Shown: positions 12,820 to 26,537, counted from the first letter of the whole stretch. The stretch: 63,977 nucleotides of DNA, filler included, from Choristocarpus tenellus KU-1152 (GCA_964200185.2; 9 parts of 9 records of this genome joined end to end with filler, not necessarily neighbours in it), one strand, 5' to 3'. Notes: generated by a model not told the origin, from the letters alone. Program-made: numbers and translations.

Positions 12820-13871
12820 GATGTCCTATGCCCTAATGCATATCTATGGAATGGTCCCTGCAGGCCGCAGCATTCTGTTATGAGGAGCTGGTGTTGATAT
12901 CACCCTCTGATCCTCTGGTTCACTGTCGGTTGGGGGAAGTGTACTTTACATTAGGGGGAGGAGAAAACCTCATGCGTGCACGGAAGCATCTGGCGCAGTC
13001 GGTGGACCTCAAAAAGGCGGGGAATGCAAGGGCCTTGCATGGTCTATGCCAGGCATGCGTTGCCTTGGTTTCATGTAAGGTAACAGCACTCATGGGCTGG
13101 CTCAGCTGCAACCTATCCCTCCCTGCCTCATTGATCATTTTTTATGTTTTTATGACACACAGGTCATACTTCCAGATGTTTGCAGCCATGTGCTTCCTTC
13201 CTCTCTCCTTGTCAACCCTCTCAAGTCCTCATACCCAAGCAGCAGTTTCATTATGGTCATGTTGGGGGGTGACATGCCAACAAAATTTGATAGTTCGCAA
13301 TTTCTGCCCTCTACAAAATGAGAGATAGTAGGAGTGGAATGGCACTATGATATTTAGTATTAATGGTATTTTTATTTGACAAATAAGCATCAATGGACTC
13401 CATTTTTTTGACTCATTTATTAGCAGTTCTTGAAGTGTTGCCACAGAAGAAGAGGAATGTCCTCCAAACCTTGTGGTAAAATATGAGGACATGGAGTTGT
13501 GTGATTTACCAGTTTCACAGTTTATACTTTGTGGTCAGCAGAATCCCCTGCTGAAGTTAGTTGTCAAGATGCACATCATATGTGTACGATGGTGTTTGGA
13601 AGGTGTAAATCCCTCTCAACAGGAATAGAGTTATATTAGTTGCGACTTCCTTGCTTACTAAGCAAAGATATGAAAGCTGATTTTCAAAGCATTCATGGAA
13701 TGGACCCCCCTCTCCTTGTGCCCCCCCTATTGCCCTCAATTGCTTTCCAGTCGGTTGCAAAGCTATTGGGCCAGGGCAGGGAGAGGGAAGTCAATTCTGC
13801 CTTGCACCTTTTTGCAGCAACAGAACTGCGTAAGATGTATGCTACAGGGGATCCTCTGCTGGCATCTGCAG
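11442..13871 (+). CDS. EMC2: ER membrane protein complex subunit 2 (TPR protein); exons 11442-11537, 11669-11761, 12035-12241, 12444-12578, 12864-13079, 13751-13871, last exon uncertain
   Basis: LGDELWAVHEQV, KFPSSQRVRRLEGMRLEA, ALNGYLSDFGADAEGWLQLA, AAFCYEELVL, ARALHGL are EMC2/TTC35 hallmarks; splice sites consistent. Confidence 0.93.
12786..12814. repeat. (CT)n microsatellite in an EMC2 intron
   Basis: Seen directly. Confidence 0.9.
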
Positions 13872-14289
13872 GTGTGTGAATGTGTGTGTGCACTGAACAG
13901 TCTTTGAACTTGTACTCTGTTGTGGTAACAGTCACAGTTTTAAAAAAGTGATCAATCCTGAGTACTAACTCATTATGTTTTGGGATATGAATTGATGGAT
14001 TTGCACACAAATATTTGGATAGGATAGGGTTAGTAAAGTAAACGGACTTTATTTATTATTGGACTGATAGATCCAATAACCTGAAGAGGATGGTACACAC
14101 TGGCTTTGTAAAAGTCAGTTGTAGTTAGCATAACCGCCCCCCGCCCCCCCAATCCCCTACATCTAGCTTCTGGAAAAGGCAGTCACGAATCTCGTATCAG
14201 GCTATGACAACTTCATCGCTAGATGAATAAACAATAATATTGCCTTCATCATCAAACACTGCCCATCCTCTTGCGTCCCTCCTGCAGTT

Positions 14290-16050
14290 GATGACATGCT
14301 CTTGAAGCAGGCATCCTGCTTGTCTGCTGGGACGTAAAGTTGGTGCCGTTTTCCAACATGCACCAACTTTTGCTGGCCATAAGGAGGGGGAGGGATTGTG
14401 AGCACAGAGATGTCTAATAGAACGTGGGCATCCTTGGAGCATGCTTTCATTGCCAAGGAGGGATGTTACATCTACATTGCTGGAGGGGATGGTATATTAG
14501 GGAGAGATTGCAAGGGGAGGGGGGGGGGTTCAAGTCAAAAGTATCTTTTATTGAGTGATCATACCCTTCAATCTTTGCACTGTTCAAGTGGAGGATTTGA
14601 AAGCACGTCTCCTGCCTGCTCCCTTGACGATATCTGCTCGGGGGTTTCGAATAGATATCCCTCTTGACATTCTCCTAATACTGATGTCTAGTTTGTGCTG
14701 AGGGGACAGCAAGGAGGTAACAAATGCTTTTGTAGAAAGATGATGGATAGTTCCATGGTAAAGGAGTATGCCACAAAGATCATCTACCTTCACTCCCCGA
14801 TTTTGAACTGGAAGTGGGATAACATCTCAAATTGCAACAACGCACAAGTTGTGCAGTTGTAGACACAGGCAGGTGACTCACCAGTAAGAAAGGGGGTCAA
14901 CTCAAGGAAGAGTGTTTGCCAGTCTCAGCTACCACTCCCAGGTGGCAGTGTTCTAATAGTAAGTTCACAAAGCTTGTATGTCTTACTGAGATTTTTCTTT
15001 TTAATGCTGCATCCCGATACTGTTGTGATGGTGGGTATTGGTTAGTATTATCAGTCTCAGTCCACCAAGGAAGAGCTGTTGACAACAAAATAGTGCACAC
15101 CTCAGAAAAATATGAAATATTCACATAACCCAACCACCTTTAGTTTGCTCAAAAAAAAGCGTTTTCTGGAAAAAGGATGGTATAGAGTAATGGTCGCGTC
15201 CCCTGTTCTGGACAAAAGAATTTGTATGCTACACAATGGATGTTTTATACAGCGTATGACCCTTGGGGCAATGGTGGTAAACAGGCATTTCAGACCAAAC
15301 TGCCAGAAGTACTTGGCTGACAAAGAATGTGTAAAGCAAATAATGGGCTTGAGCATCTGTTGGACAACGGGTGTTACGAATGAGTCCAATAAACATACAT
15401 GTATCCTTTTTTCTCCCTTTTCGCCACTTTTTGCTTTACTTTGATGTGATAGGCCAAAAACTAATGTGCAGAAGAACAAAAAAAATACAAGTGGCCCACT
15501 TCACAGAATAACAGTTAATAAATGAAGAGTCATCCTTTCCTAGAGCGAGGCCTTCCTAGTTGAGCACTATTGAGTATCACTTTTTAAACCTCTCGTCTGA
15601 CATCCCGCTCCCAAACATGAAGTGTGGCTAACTCTCCTTTGGAGGCTGTGGCTGTAGATGAGAGGAAAAACGTTCGTGGAAGTAGCTTGGAAAATGGCCC
15701 TTTTCATAGTGATTAAAGAATATATGCCAGAAGGGGTCACAACGGCAGCAGATACTTAACAGACTTCCTACTAAGATAGGATAGCTCAAACAACACAACC
15801 AAACATTAATGTTCTGGGCAACAATGTTGTAAAGAAATTGGCACAGAATGTTGTGCATGAGCCTCATCCTACATGACATGGTAGATAAATTGGTCCCAAA
15901 TGTTACCATGCAACCGTCATCATGTAGCAAAACAGTCCCATGACATGGGACCAATACCAATTATTTAAACGTTTTGTGTTCCAGTTTGGTCCAGTGGAGG
16001 GAGAGAAATCTGACAGGGGCTTTATCTGACCAGGTAGTAAATGTATGCCT
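14290..16050 (-). pseudogene. Decayed piggyBac-like (DDE_Tnp_1_7) transposase
   Basis: Ordered relic motifs across broken frames: FSPSTGP, VTFGTNL, LCQFL, HERF, LFCEVGHLYFFVL, HVCLLDSFVT, ILLST, VYNC..MLSHFQFKIG; many stops and frameshifts. Confidence 0.5.
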
Positions 16051-16173
16051 GGAGGTACCACACTACACGTAGTTTTACGTAGTGTTAGTGGACCCATGTA
16101 ACCAGTTATTGTAGGAACAGATCACATGAGGGGGATACCGAACAAGTATGCTGTGGATACATAATTTTTGATT

Positions 16174-16250
16174 GTCCTCTTAGCTCAGTAGAGAAGGCGG
16201 TGGCTACCTGCGTGAAGTTAGTGGGGGATGGAATCCCTTCCAAATCAGAC
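16174..16250 (+). pseudogene. Degenerate tRNA-derived sequence (pseudo-tRNA or SINE head)
   Basis: GTCCTCTTAGCTCAGTAG (A-box-like), GGATGGAATCCC (degenerate B-box/T-arm), 77 nt ending GAC; cloverleaf imperfect. Confidence 0.4.
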
Positions 16251-17465
16251 TTCTTTTCACCAAAATCTGTTCTCTATTCTATTATAGGCAGCAAGTGTAA
16301 CTGATTGTTCTCCATATTATCTATCCTGTCTTTCCTGTAGCAAAAAAATGCCCAACAACGATCAAGTGAGGAGACTGAGCAACAACCAGTGGAAATCCTG
16401 AACCCAACACATGAGAAGCAAGGCAGAAACAGATGCAAGTGCAATTAGTAATGGAATGTGCAATGGGATAGTAGATACTATGAGCGGTAGAGCAGTGTGT
16501 AATGCCTCTGACCTTGGGTGAGTCAGGATCATCGATGGCTTATATTCGACAAATAATAGCAATACATAGTAATACATGACATGCCTCGAAGTTCGTACAA
16601 CATACCATCAATACCACAGTCACTGTTGTTGCAGTAAGGTGGTATGGCTCTTGCTTTTGAGGTATCGTTATCAATGACGCTGCTAAAATTTTAAACCTCC
16701 AGCGTATAAATATTGCAAACTTTGTCAATGGTCAGGATCTTTGAAGTGGTGGCAACAACAGCCACCAATTCGTATTCATGGAAGAGTGGTGAGATGAACA
16801 GGAACAGGATCAAGGTGAAGAGAGTGAGATGAGCCGGGATGGTCAAGGCAACCTTGAAACAGTGCGCACATGTCTGCATGAGGAAGATGCTCGCAAACAA
16901 ATCCAAATTGAAGGTGATATGAGAGCCATCTTCCACAAAAGGTATACCCTGAAGGTGACCTATCTTGAACATTATGATATTCATATGACATTTGTTCTTG
17001 CATGTTGAAGATAACATCTGCTTGAAGTAAGATTAGGTGGTTGGGAGTGACCTTACCAACACCCCCCTCTTTCAGTTACCACCTGAACACTATTTTCCTG
17101 AGTGATCTTCTGAGGGATTGCTCTCCCTTTTTGTTTTGTCTCTCTTTGATCTTGCCTCCTGTGGGTCTTCCCGCTCGCCTTGATCACGAAGAACCTGTTG
17201 GCTTGTTTCCATCTGTTTCACTGTGGCGACGATGGCAGGATGGTGAAACGGATCAAAATGAGGCCGAGTCTGACACTGGAGTTGGAACAGTTCACGACAC
17301 AACACAACCAATGACAGTCACTCATGATGACCTCAAAGAAACAACGGTCACTCAAGAGGGTCTGAGTCAGAGGCAGAGAATCCATGGAGTTTACTACCAG
17401 AACTGAAAAAAAGAATCTCCTCATCATCCTCAAAGTCGGACTTCACTTCCTCCCCATCATCTTCA

Positions 17466-17507
17466 GACCCAAAGTATCTGGGGGGGGGAGGGGGTCTACA
17501 CCAGGGT
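17466..17507 (+). mobile_element. MITE family B fragment at contig end (another terminal piece at 17608-17633)
   Basis: GACCCAAAGTATCTGGGG...gtctacaccagggt. Confidence 0.75.
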
Positions 17508-18829
17508 NNNNNNNNNNNNNNNNNNNNNNNNNNNNNNNNNNNNNNNNNNNNTTAATTAATTAANNNNNNNNNNNNNNNNNNNNNNNNNNNNNNNNNNNNN
17601 NNNNNNNCCCCCTCCCCCAAGATACTTTGAACCACCTATGTGAGTATGGGGGGCCTGCACTCCCAGTAGCACTCACATATCTGCACTGATGCTCTGCAAA
17701 CACTCAGTATTCAAAATTTGATTATTTCATGTTGGGTAGCAATTAGCAACTTCCAAGCAACCAACAAGATATACCATCTAAGCACTCCTGTTGTGGTAGT
17801 ACTGCAGAGGTGGAGGTCATGCATGCGCTGTATCATTTAAGGATGCAGTCAAGTCTTTGTATAACAGAGCCCTGCACTTCACTAAAGAATAAAAATATTC
17901 CAGAGTACATTATTTTATTTGAAGAGGTCCAAGTTATCACTGCCTCACATGTGGGGGCTTGACAAGGTCCGGTTTCAAGCACTCTTCTACTGGTTAGTAG
18001 TTAGTGACTGGATGGGATAATAGGTTTTTTGGGAATGGAGCAGATTGTGTAGTTCTGAGTTGCTCCAACTTGTTTCAACAGAAAACACTGAGGCTGCAAA
18101 AAAAAGTCCTTTTGTTTTGAGAAGTTTGTTAAGCTGAACAGATTAATTTATCTTTGCCAGCGCCTTCTGTATGTGAATGTGATATGTTGTGAGGGGTATC
18201 TCCGACCACCTTGCGATTAAGGTCTCAATGTGAACATTTATCACTTCCAGCACAACTCTTGGAGAGTGCCGTAGTAGCCTTCATTGCGCTTTCAGAGTCA
18301 CATTCCTAACCCCACAATAGTATTACACTTGCAACCACTCTTTTGTCATCATTTGTAGCAACGATGACTCTAATAATGAGCATAGCAAGTCTCTCGACAT
18401 TGCTGCTATCAGAGGTTAAGGAGGTAAAGGCATCATACTGAGTTCAGGACCCACTTATAATGACCTGGTCACCATAGCTTCCCTTTAGGTCATGAATGAT
18501 GTTGATGACTGCCTTGCCTTGAAAGGAGATCAAGACTACAATAATCAGATTAGCTAAGTTAGATTCTCTGCTGGAGTTTTGGCCCAATCACACATTTTCG
18601 ACTTAGGGCCCTCAAAAAATTGATTATTGTGAATGACTAGATTGCAAGTGTCTGCTGTGATTGCAGATTGTGCTTGTGAATAAAAGAGGTTGGGAGGTAT
18701 TGGAATCCACAATCATTAGGTTAGCAACATTAAAAAGTCCTGCAATCAAGGTTTGCATATTTTAATCGTTTTGCAATGTAGTTGTACCATGTTGTACTAT
18801 GTTGTACCATGTTGTACCATGCGGAATAG

Positions 18830-20600
18830 TGGTATCTCAATGTATCACAAAGTAAAGGCTGTGGATCTGACTTGGGAACCACTCTGGGACCATCACCTGC
18901 ATGGTGATACTAGTGGAGGGGTTCCAGCTCCTATCACTGCTTGGGAGGAGGGCGTTTTGTTGGAAGTGTGTGTGGAGGATGAAGCAGAGAATTCCAGTGA
19001 GGAGAAGGAGGTCCCCTGGGAGGATGGATCTACTGAGGGTGGCACCCATTCACCTCTAGACCTGGAAGTTGGGGAAAACCGGCTTGGGGATAGCTCACTG
19101 TCACTCCAGCAGGAGAGTGAGGGGCATGACTCTGGAACTTCATCCTTATCCCTGGCAACAGGGAATGGGGAAGGTGCGTCCGTGGATGCCTCACCTTGAA
19201 AGCAGGGGAGTATTGGAGTTCGGACTGTTCAGCCTGAGTCAAGGATCCTGTCTAGGCTTTGGGAATTCAACCCAGGGCTGTTGCTGGTGCTATGAAAGTT
19301 AGAGAGAAGGGTGGGGCGACTCCTGCATTTGAAACCATGACAGATGCCATTACCATGTCAATGCAGCGACGAAATGTAACTTTCATACTACCTTGGTGGT
19401 TGAAAGGCTGGCGGAGGATATGATTGATGATGAAATGGGAAAAGACTGGGCGGTGGACATCCCAGGTAGTGAACTACCCCCAGTTCCCAAGACCATCAAG
19501 GAGACACTTAAGTCAAGGGAGTGCAAGGGATGGATTGAGGTAATCCATGCAGACATTGATGGGGTCATTGTAAATGGCACCTGGGTGCAAGTCCCCACAC
19601 CAACAACTTCGAAAATATTTTAAGCTTGTATTCATGAGGTAGGTAAACACAGTAGGCATGTTGACATGCCAAAAAGTGAGGTTGGCGGCACAAGTGTTTG
19701 AGTGAAAGTATCTTAGAGGGCAAGTGTACGAGTTTTGCCCAGTTTGTTCGTTTTGGGGCTTGGCTTCCCACAGGGTTTTTTTAATGACATTTTCCTACTC
19801 CAAAATGTTTCAGAGTAGGTAAAATGTATACGTTATGAAAACGTGTGTCCGGAACAAGGATATAGATACTTCCTAACAAACATAATAGCTAAAATTACAT
19901 AAAAATAACAACATTGGATTTTGGCCCCCAAACGGACGCGGCTCTACCCTCTAAGATAATGTTTCTCTTTCTCCAACAGCAAGGGGCTGACTGGTATGAA
20001 ATTGCACCTACAGCATAGACAGTTAGGTTGTATCTCCTTCTTACATTGGCAACATAGCTTGGTTGGCCCATAAGCATAGCTGATTATGTGAGGGCATTAA
20101 TGAATGCTGGCCTAGATGGGGACCTCTATGTGGAACACTCAATGGTTGTGGTGCATGAATTTGATGGGGCAGTGGAGGAATTACAGAAGTCATTGTATGG
20201 TATTGTACAGGTTTCAAGGAACTGGAATTCTCTGGTGTTTTCTGGTGGAACAAAGAGGAGGGCTTTGGTACTGATTATGCTAATCCATATTGATGACATG
20301 GTGATGGCCAGTGAAGGTCTCCAGCATGTCACCACTCTTGTGATATGACTATTTTCGAAAAAACTCGACAAGAAGTCTCCCGTCAACTATTTTCGAAAAA
20401 GATACATATTCCTACAGCACTGTACAAGGCAGAATCAGGAGCGTGGGACAGTATGTACTGATTGGGAATCGTATGTGGAGAGCTTGGTGGAGAGGCATGG
20501 GGTTACGGACATTATTGAACTGCCAGTTGTGACAACTCCAAAGTTAGTGGAGAGTTGTGACAACTCCAAAGTTAGTGGAGGAAGGGCCACTTTAAACACT
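18830..20600 (+). mobile_element. Decayed Ty1/Copia pol (integrase-RT linker and RVT_2), interrupted by a MITE
   Basis: PKTIKETLKS..WIEVIHADIDGVIVNGTWVQV, ALMNAGLDGDLYVE, ELQKSLYGIVQVSRNWN, LIHIDDMV (YVDD motif); stops and frameshifts. Confidence 0.85.
19700..19958 (-). mobile_element. MITE family A copy inserted in the Copia relic
   Basis: GAGTGAAAGTATCTTAGAGGG...CCCTCTAAGATA; GTTT on both flanks. Confidence 0.85.
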
Positions 20601-20725
20601 ACGCGTAGTTCTTCTTGCCATCCTCATCAGAACAAATCTCGACAAATCTTGACCCTCAGCTACAATACTAGACTAATTGTTCTGAGGACAATTGTTAGAA
20701 TGCTATATATAAGATCAACATGGTT

Positions 20726-20984
20726 GAGTGGAAGTATCTTAGAGGGCATGAGTTTTGTCATGTCTCTTCATTTGGGGCTTGGCTTCCCGTGGGTTTTTTT
20801 ATGACGTTTTTCCACTCCAAAACGTTTCAGAGTAGGTCAAATGTATTCATTATGAAAAAGTGTGTCCAGAATGAGGATACTGACACTTCCTAACAAACAT
20901 GGTAGCCAAAATTACATCAAAATCGCAACATTGGATTTTGGCCCCCAAATGGACGCGACCCTATCCTCTAAGATACTTTGGCTT
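20726..20984 (-). mobile_element. MITE family A copy
   Basis: TIRs GAGTGGAAGTATCTTAGAGG / CCTCTAAGATACTTTGGCTT; flanks GGTT/GGAT. Confidence 0.88.
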
Positions 20985-21212
20985 GGATTCTCCGTAGCAC
21001 TTGAGGAGAATGTACCCTTGTAAACACTACATGTAGTAAATTTCGAGATAGGTAGCACCGTCTGCCTCAGTCATAATAAGCGTATAGAAAATGTATAGTA
21101 TGATTTTACTACCATGTTTGCTCCCTGAGTCACTAATACATACAAACACTCAACATTGACCACCTCTCTTATAAAACCCCTTGCACTTGTCCCTTCTATA
21201 ATCTTTTACCAG

Positions 21213-22180
21213 GGTCCTTCAACCAGAAGGCGCCTACATTTGCATCTCATACGCACCTCCAGAGGAACGACTAGAGCTGTTGGAATACTGGGACCTAGAT
21301 AGCCCAAATGAGTGCTTGTCATGGGATGTGCATGTCGATGCAATAGGTAGTTGTTTTTTCAGTTCCCCAGTTGTACAAACCTTACTTATGCCACGTTCAC
21401 CACTCGGAAATATCAAGCAGACCCATACTTCTAGGAGAAGCACTATCTGGGTTTTATTTCAAACTGGGACAAGTGAGAATTGTTTTATATGAAGGCCCAG
21501 GTCCTGTCAATTGCTCAAAGATGCGCTTTAGTGACAGCAGGTGGATGGCTGCTCTTTTCCAAAAACCATTTTGAGGCATAACTCCGGTGTCGCATCTCTT
21601 TGGACGCAGCTAAACCTCCGGCCTCACCATACGAGTTTGCAAATCCTAGGGATATGGACGTGTACTATATCTATGTGTGCATTAAGGACCCCAAAAAGGT
21701 GAGAAGAGGTATGAGCAAAGGTCGCTATGATGAAAATTTCCTTTTGTGCGCTAGTATCCTGTTGGTGTTGTCTTGCTCACCTACATGTACCTACATGTGA
21801 TAGTGGGACAAATGATGGAAGACCTACTTTGAGCATTTATCATTTTGTGATGCAACCATACAAGGAGTACTGAACCAGTTGAGGGGAATAGCCCAAATTG
21901 TTCAGTGAAACTTGCCTGATTAATGCAGCAGCAAGGCTATTCCACCTTTTTCGGGAAGAACAGTAAAGATTAAAGGTATACTGCCATTTAGATGAAGGCT
22001 TCTGCACACTCCCGAAAAAGGGTGCTGAGGTTATTTACAACTGTCTCTAATCACTCACAGGTAATGCAGAGGGTATTTGCCAAGGAGAAATCTAAGAGGG
22101 AGCAGGAAAAGAAGTTGGCAAAGATGACAGGAGTGAGACAGAGGCGGGGAGCAAGAGGGAGAGGGAAGGGAAGGCCATGA
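21213..22180 (+). CDS. Class I SAM methyltransferase, EEF1AKMT4/METTL13-like, 3' exons 21213-21346, 21610-21698, 22061-22180
   Basis: (R)VLQPEGAYICISYAPPEERLELL...LSWDVHVDAI/AKPP...YYIYVCIK, then a basic tail and stop; GT-AG phases consistent; 5' exons not found. Confidence 0.75.
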
Positions 22181-23175
22181 TGCAACTTGAAGTTCAAGCA
22201 TTGTAATGTGAAGTAAGGGGCATGCATGACTCCTCACGCACTCAATACATCATGAGCTCAGGACAGCAGTGAGATTGATACCTGTTTGTGAGGTCTTTGT
22301 CATCACACTAGCACTGCTCACACAAAAAACCAAGAACTCTTCTCAAAATGAGTGAGGTGGTTGAAAGTGCATTATCATAAGAGGTTGCACCTTTTCAATA
22401 GCATTCCTTTCTATTGAAGTATTTCCAAGTCCTCAGGTTGTAAATTTGCCATGCACCATCTTTGCACACTATTCTGCAACCATCCCTATGGTAGGATTAG
22501 AATGTCCAGTCTCTTCAGCGATCTGATATGACAAAGACAAAGACATTTACGATTTTGACATGAAGCTCCAATATCAACCTTCAGCATCACCCCCTTCCCC
22601 CTGCATGAAATGTTTGTTATGACTTTGAACTCAACTCATTGTAGTTCAACATCAATATCTGGTAATACCATGTGGCAGTGGGTTAGGTGCCACAGGATTT
22701 GGTAAGAGAGGATCAATAGTCAATGTTAAGAAATCTCCATCACCTGTAACAGTATTGCCGATTGTCGGAGGGACATGGTGCAACCACTCAGTCTACATTA
22801 CAACTCTATCTATAATATGAAATGCCCATATACTTGAGTAGTAGTAATAGTACTAGTATCACCCAGCAATTTTATTGTCACACATTGAATACTCCCCTTA
22901 AGTCTATCCATGTAAAGGGGTGTGATGTGATTGTGTAATTTATATACTGATCCCACCTTCAATGGCTTGATATTTCTTACGGCAAACTCAGGCTTACATT
23001 TACAGGGGATTCAGCTTGTAGACTTGTTCAATCAGAAAAAATACAGTGAACATATATCCTACATTGAGTGCCTCAAAGTCTTTTCCATGCCACCAGCATC
23101 ACTTCAGATCAATCTGTACATTAAGGACAACAGTAGTATATCAGTATATGAAAGATCATTGACCCATAGCATTCA

Positions 23176-23416
23176 AGAGGGTAGAGCCGCGTCGTTTGGG
23201 GTCATAAATACGATGTAGCGATATCGATGTATTTTGGCTATCATATTTGTTAGCAAGTGTCAATATCCTTGTTCCGGACACACATAGTCATAGTAATATA
23301 CATTTTAAGTAACTCTGTTCACATAGAAAACCGAAAAGGGCATACAAAATCTGTGGGAAGTCAAGCCCCAACAGACAAACAGGGCAAAAGTCGTACCCTC
23401 TTAAACGCTTTGACTC
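23176..23416 (+). mobile_element. MITE family A degenerate copy
   Basis: agagggtagagccgcgtc...gggcaaaagtcgtaccctc. Confidence 0.75.
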
Positions 23417-23647
23417 GTCACATTACAACAGTTAAATAGTTAAAGTAGATAGGACAGGAAGAACAAGAACTTTAACCCACAAAAAAACAATCTGGATGCC
23501 ATTTTTGAACATTGGTAGCCGCCCATCAAGGGAACTTGACAGTGTTCAGCCAAGGGTTCTTGTGTAAGGCATTCTGTTGCCACAAATGAAATAAAATAAT
23601 CTGGGCATGTGGCAATGCTGTGTGAGCCAAGTTTAATGATACTACAA

Positions 23648-23824
23648 GGCTCAAATTATCTAGGGGGGGGGGGAAACTACACCAGGGTGTCTATTTGGGC
23701 CCTAACCAGGAAAAGTGCACTTACATTATTCATTCAATGCATGCAACCAACTAACCCAAAAATCGCGACATGAAAAAATGGGCCCTGAATGGACAACGAC
23801 CACCCCCCCCAGATACTTTGAGCC
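23648..23824 (+). mobile_element. MITE family B copy
   Basis: GGCTCAAATTATCTAGGG...CCCAGATACTTTGAGCC inverted termini. Confidence 0.85.
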
Positions 23825-24369
23825 AGCTGGTGGCTGAGAATCACAAGAAAAGTTATATGTTTAGAAATAGCGTACTGGATTGTTTGGTATCTGGACAGCA
23901 CTGGGAACAAAGAATATGGCCAGTGAAGAGGTTATTTTACAAGAGTAGCTGGAGAGTATTGTACCCTAACTCTCTATTCTCTCTATGTACAAGGACAAAA
24001 TGTGAATTGAGGGGGTTTCCATACTTTGTTCGATTGGCAAGTGGTTTACTATGAGTTAGTCTAACTCTCTACTCCTTGGTGGTTGTGATTCTCTTAAATG
24101 TATCGTTCCTTGCCTCGGATTTAGTGCTCAATTCATTGAAATTAAAAATGCACCAATAATTGATGCCAGAAGTAGAATCCAGGAACAACGAACACAACTG
24201 TATCACACACATACAAAGCATTGCGTCTACTGCTATACAAAATTAAAATGTGTGTTGGAGCTTATATGTTCAAGAGAGCATAACCTTGCTCTCTGACTGC
24301 AACAGTAATAACCAAGGTGGTAGGTCTTCTGTCCTTTGGGACCAAGTTACGTGTATACCACCTGTACAA

Positions 24370-24627
24370 GAGCCAAAGTATCTTAGAGGGTAGAGCCGCG
24401 TCCATTTGGGGGGAAAAATCCAATGTTGCGATTGTGATGTAGTTTTGGTAATCATGTTTGTTAGGAAGTGTAAATATCTTTGCTCCGGGCACACTTTTTC
24501 ATAACATATACATTTTACCCTCTCCGAAATATTTTGGAATAGAAAAATGTTGTAAGAAACCCATGGGAAGCCAAGCCCCAAACAGGCATGCAGGGTAAAA
24601 CTCGTACCCTCTAAGATACTTTCACTG
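24370..24627 (+). mobile_element. MITE family A full copy with perfect 4-bp TSD ACAA
   Basis: acaa|GAGCCAAAGTATCTTAGAGGGTA...TACCCTCTAAGATACTTTCACTG|acaa. Confidence 0.92.
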
Positions 24628-25326
24628 ACAAATAATGAATAAATACATCTTGAAGCATCCTGAGACCCTGTCTTTACAGAAGAGAACAATTTACCCCCTG
24701 CTCGACCAAGACGGATTAGTTGTTCTGGAAATAATTTGTTCTTGACAATCAGAGGATGGTTTTTGACCGTGTGTGTCAAGGGTAGCTTCATAAGTGTGAA
24801 CATAGGAGGAAAGGAGTATCAACTTCGCTGGACTTGCATGCTTCAAGGACAGTGACTCTCTCACCTTTTGGCAGCAACGGAGGTAGGCCACAGGCCATAG
24901 GACAAAATTATGTTCAGAAGTTGTCCAATGTGTGAACATTCCTACGTTGTTGAGATATGACCAATTTGTACTCCCACGAATTCCAACCTGTTGGGCATCT
25001 TCTTTCCGGCACTACAATAAATTTATTATTCTTCAAAGAATGGTCCTGCGAGCACCATACAACAAACACTATATTGCTGTGGGGGTAGAAGAATACAGTG
25101 CCTTAACTGGATCCCATTACACGTTTCCCACTGGCTACACATCTGCTGTAAAAAATATCCACTCCTTACTGTCTCCAAGAGCTAACAAGGGGATATGATA
25201 TGCACTATGTGATGACAACATTGATGACAGCAGGTAATACTGATAACTCTGCAGTACATCTCACTGTCACAAATTCTATGTGTAATACAGTGTCTCAAAG
25301 AAATTTGATGCTGAAAATCAATCACA

Positions 25327-25841
25327 GAGTAAAAGTATCTTAGAGGGTAGGGCTGCGTCCATTTTCGGGTCAAAATCCAACGTTGTGATTGAGTGAAAGA
25401 ATCTTAGAGGGTACGAATTTTGCCCTGTTTGTCCATTTGGGGCTTGTCTTCCCACCGGTTTAATATGACATTTTCCTTCTCCAAAATGGTTTGGAGTAGG
25501 TAAAATGTATACGTTATGAAAAGGTGTATTCAGAACAAGGATATTGATACTTCCTAACAAACACGATAGCCAAAATTACGTCAAAATCACAACAATAGAT
25601 TTTGACTCCCAAACGGACGCGGCTCTATCCTCTAAGATACTTGACAGATTTGATATAATTTTGGTTATCGTGTTTGTTAGGAATGTCAATATCGTTGTTC
25701 CGGACACACCTTTTCATGACGTATACATTTACCTAATCCAAAACGTTTCGGAGTAGGAAAATGTAATAAAGAATCCGTGGGAAGCCAAGCCCCAAATGGA
25801 TAAATAGGGCAAAAGCTGTACCCTCTAAGATACTTCCAATC
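25327..25841 (+). mobile_element. MITE family A copy with a second family A copy nested in reverse orientation (25391-25646)
   Basis: The outer copy is split at ...gttgtGATT | GATTtgat...; the inner copy has both TIRs and a GATT duplication. Confidence 0.88.
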
Positions 25842-26537
25842 TCAAGGTATGGTGTATGTATGCAGGCTGTGGTTATCATGGCAAAGGAAACAGTAAAGTT
25901 CACATAAGGTGAGTGCAGTCAGTCCCATTAGCAAGCAAAATAAATCAGCATTATAATAAACGTGTGATGGTTGTCCCCCCCCAGTTGAGATCCAGATAAA
26001 ATCTGACATGCGGTTTGTATACCATATACCCAGCAAGAGTGCAGCATCGTGTAGACTCACACTGCCATTAATGTGTTAAGACTCTCCACATCTAGAAATA
26101 CTGTTAGGTCAAAGAGCATTATGTTCACCATCTCCATGAAAACCCTTGCTTCTTCACGGCAGAGCAATTCCTGCAAGAGTACTTCAATGAGATGAGTGGT
26201 GTGCATCAGAACATTGAGCCAGATTTGGGATTAACTTCTACCTAGTCCAAGGGAAGACCCTATACACATGGCATTGATATCACCACCTAATTGTAACTTG
26301 TCTTGATAGTCAACCAGAGATCCCACCTAGTTTGCCATTGCTGGATCATTATGCTACATCTTGCAAATATTCATCACCCATGTATGGAGGGCAATCCTCC
26401 AAGACAAAACATCAAAGCACAGGTGCCAAATTTGAATATGCACATATTGCTGTATCCAGCAGCATGGTACAGTGGAAGATGATGCCCACTTGATGCACAA
26501 GCCATGGGGTCCTGCCACATGTTAAAAAATGGAAAAC

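Noticed and set aside
17700-18700. Possible transposase or gag relic upstream of the Copia fragment
   Set aside because: No motif could be recognised with confidence
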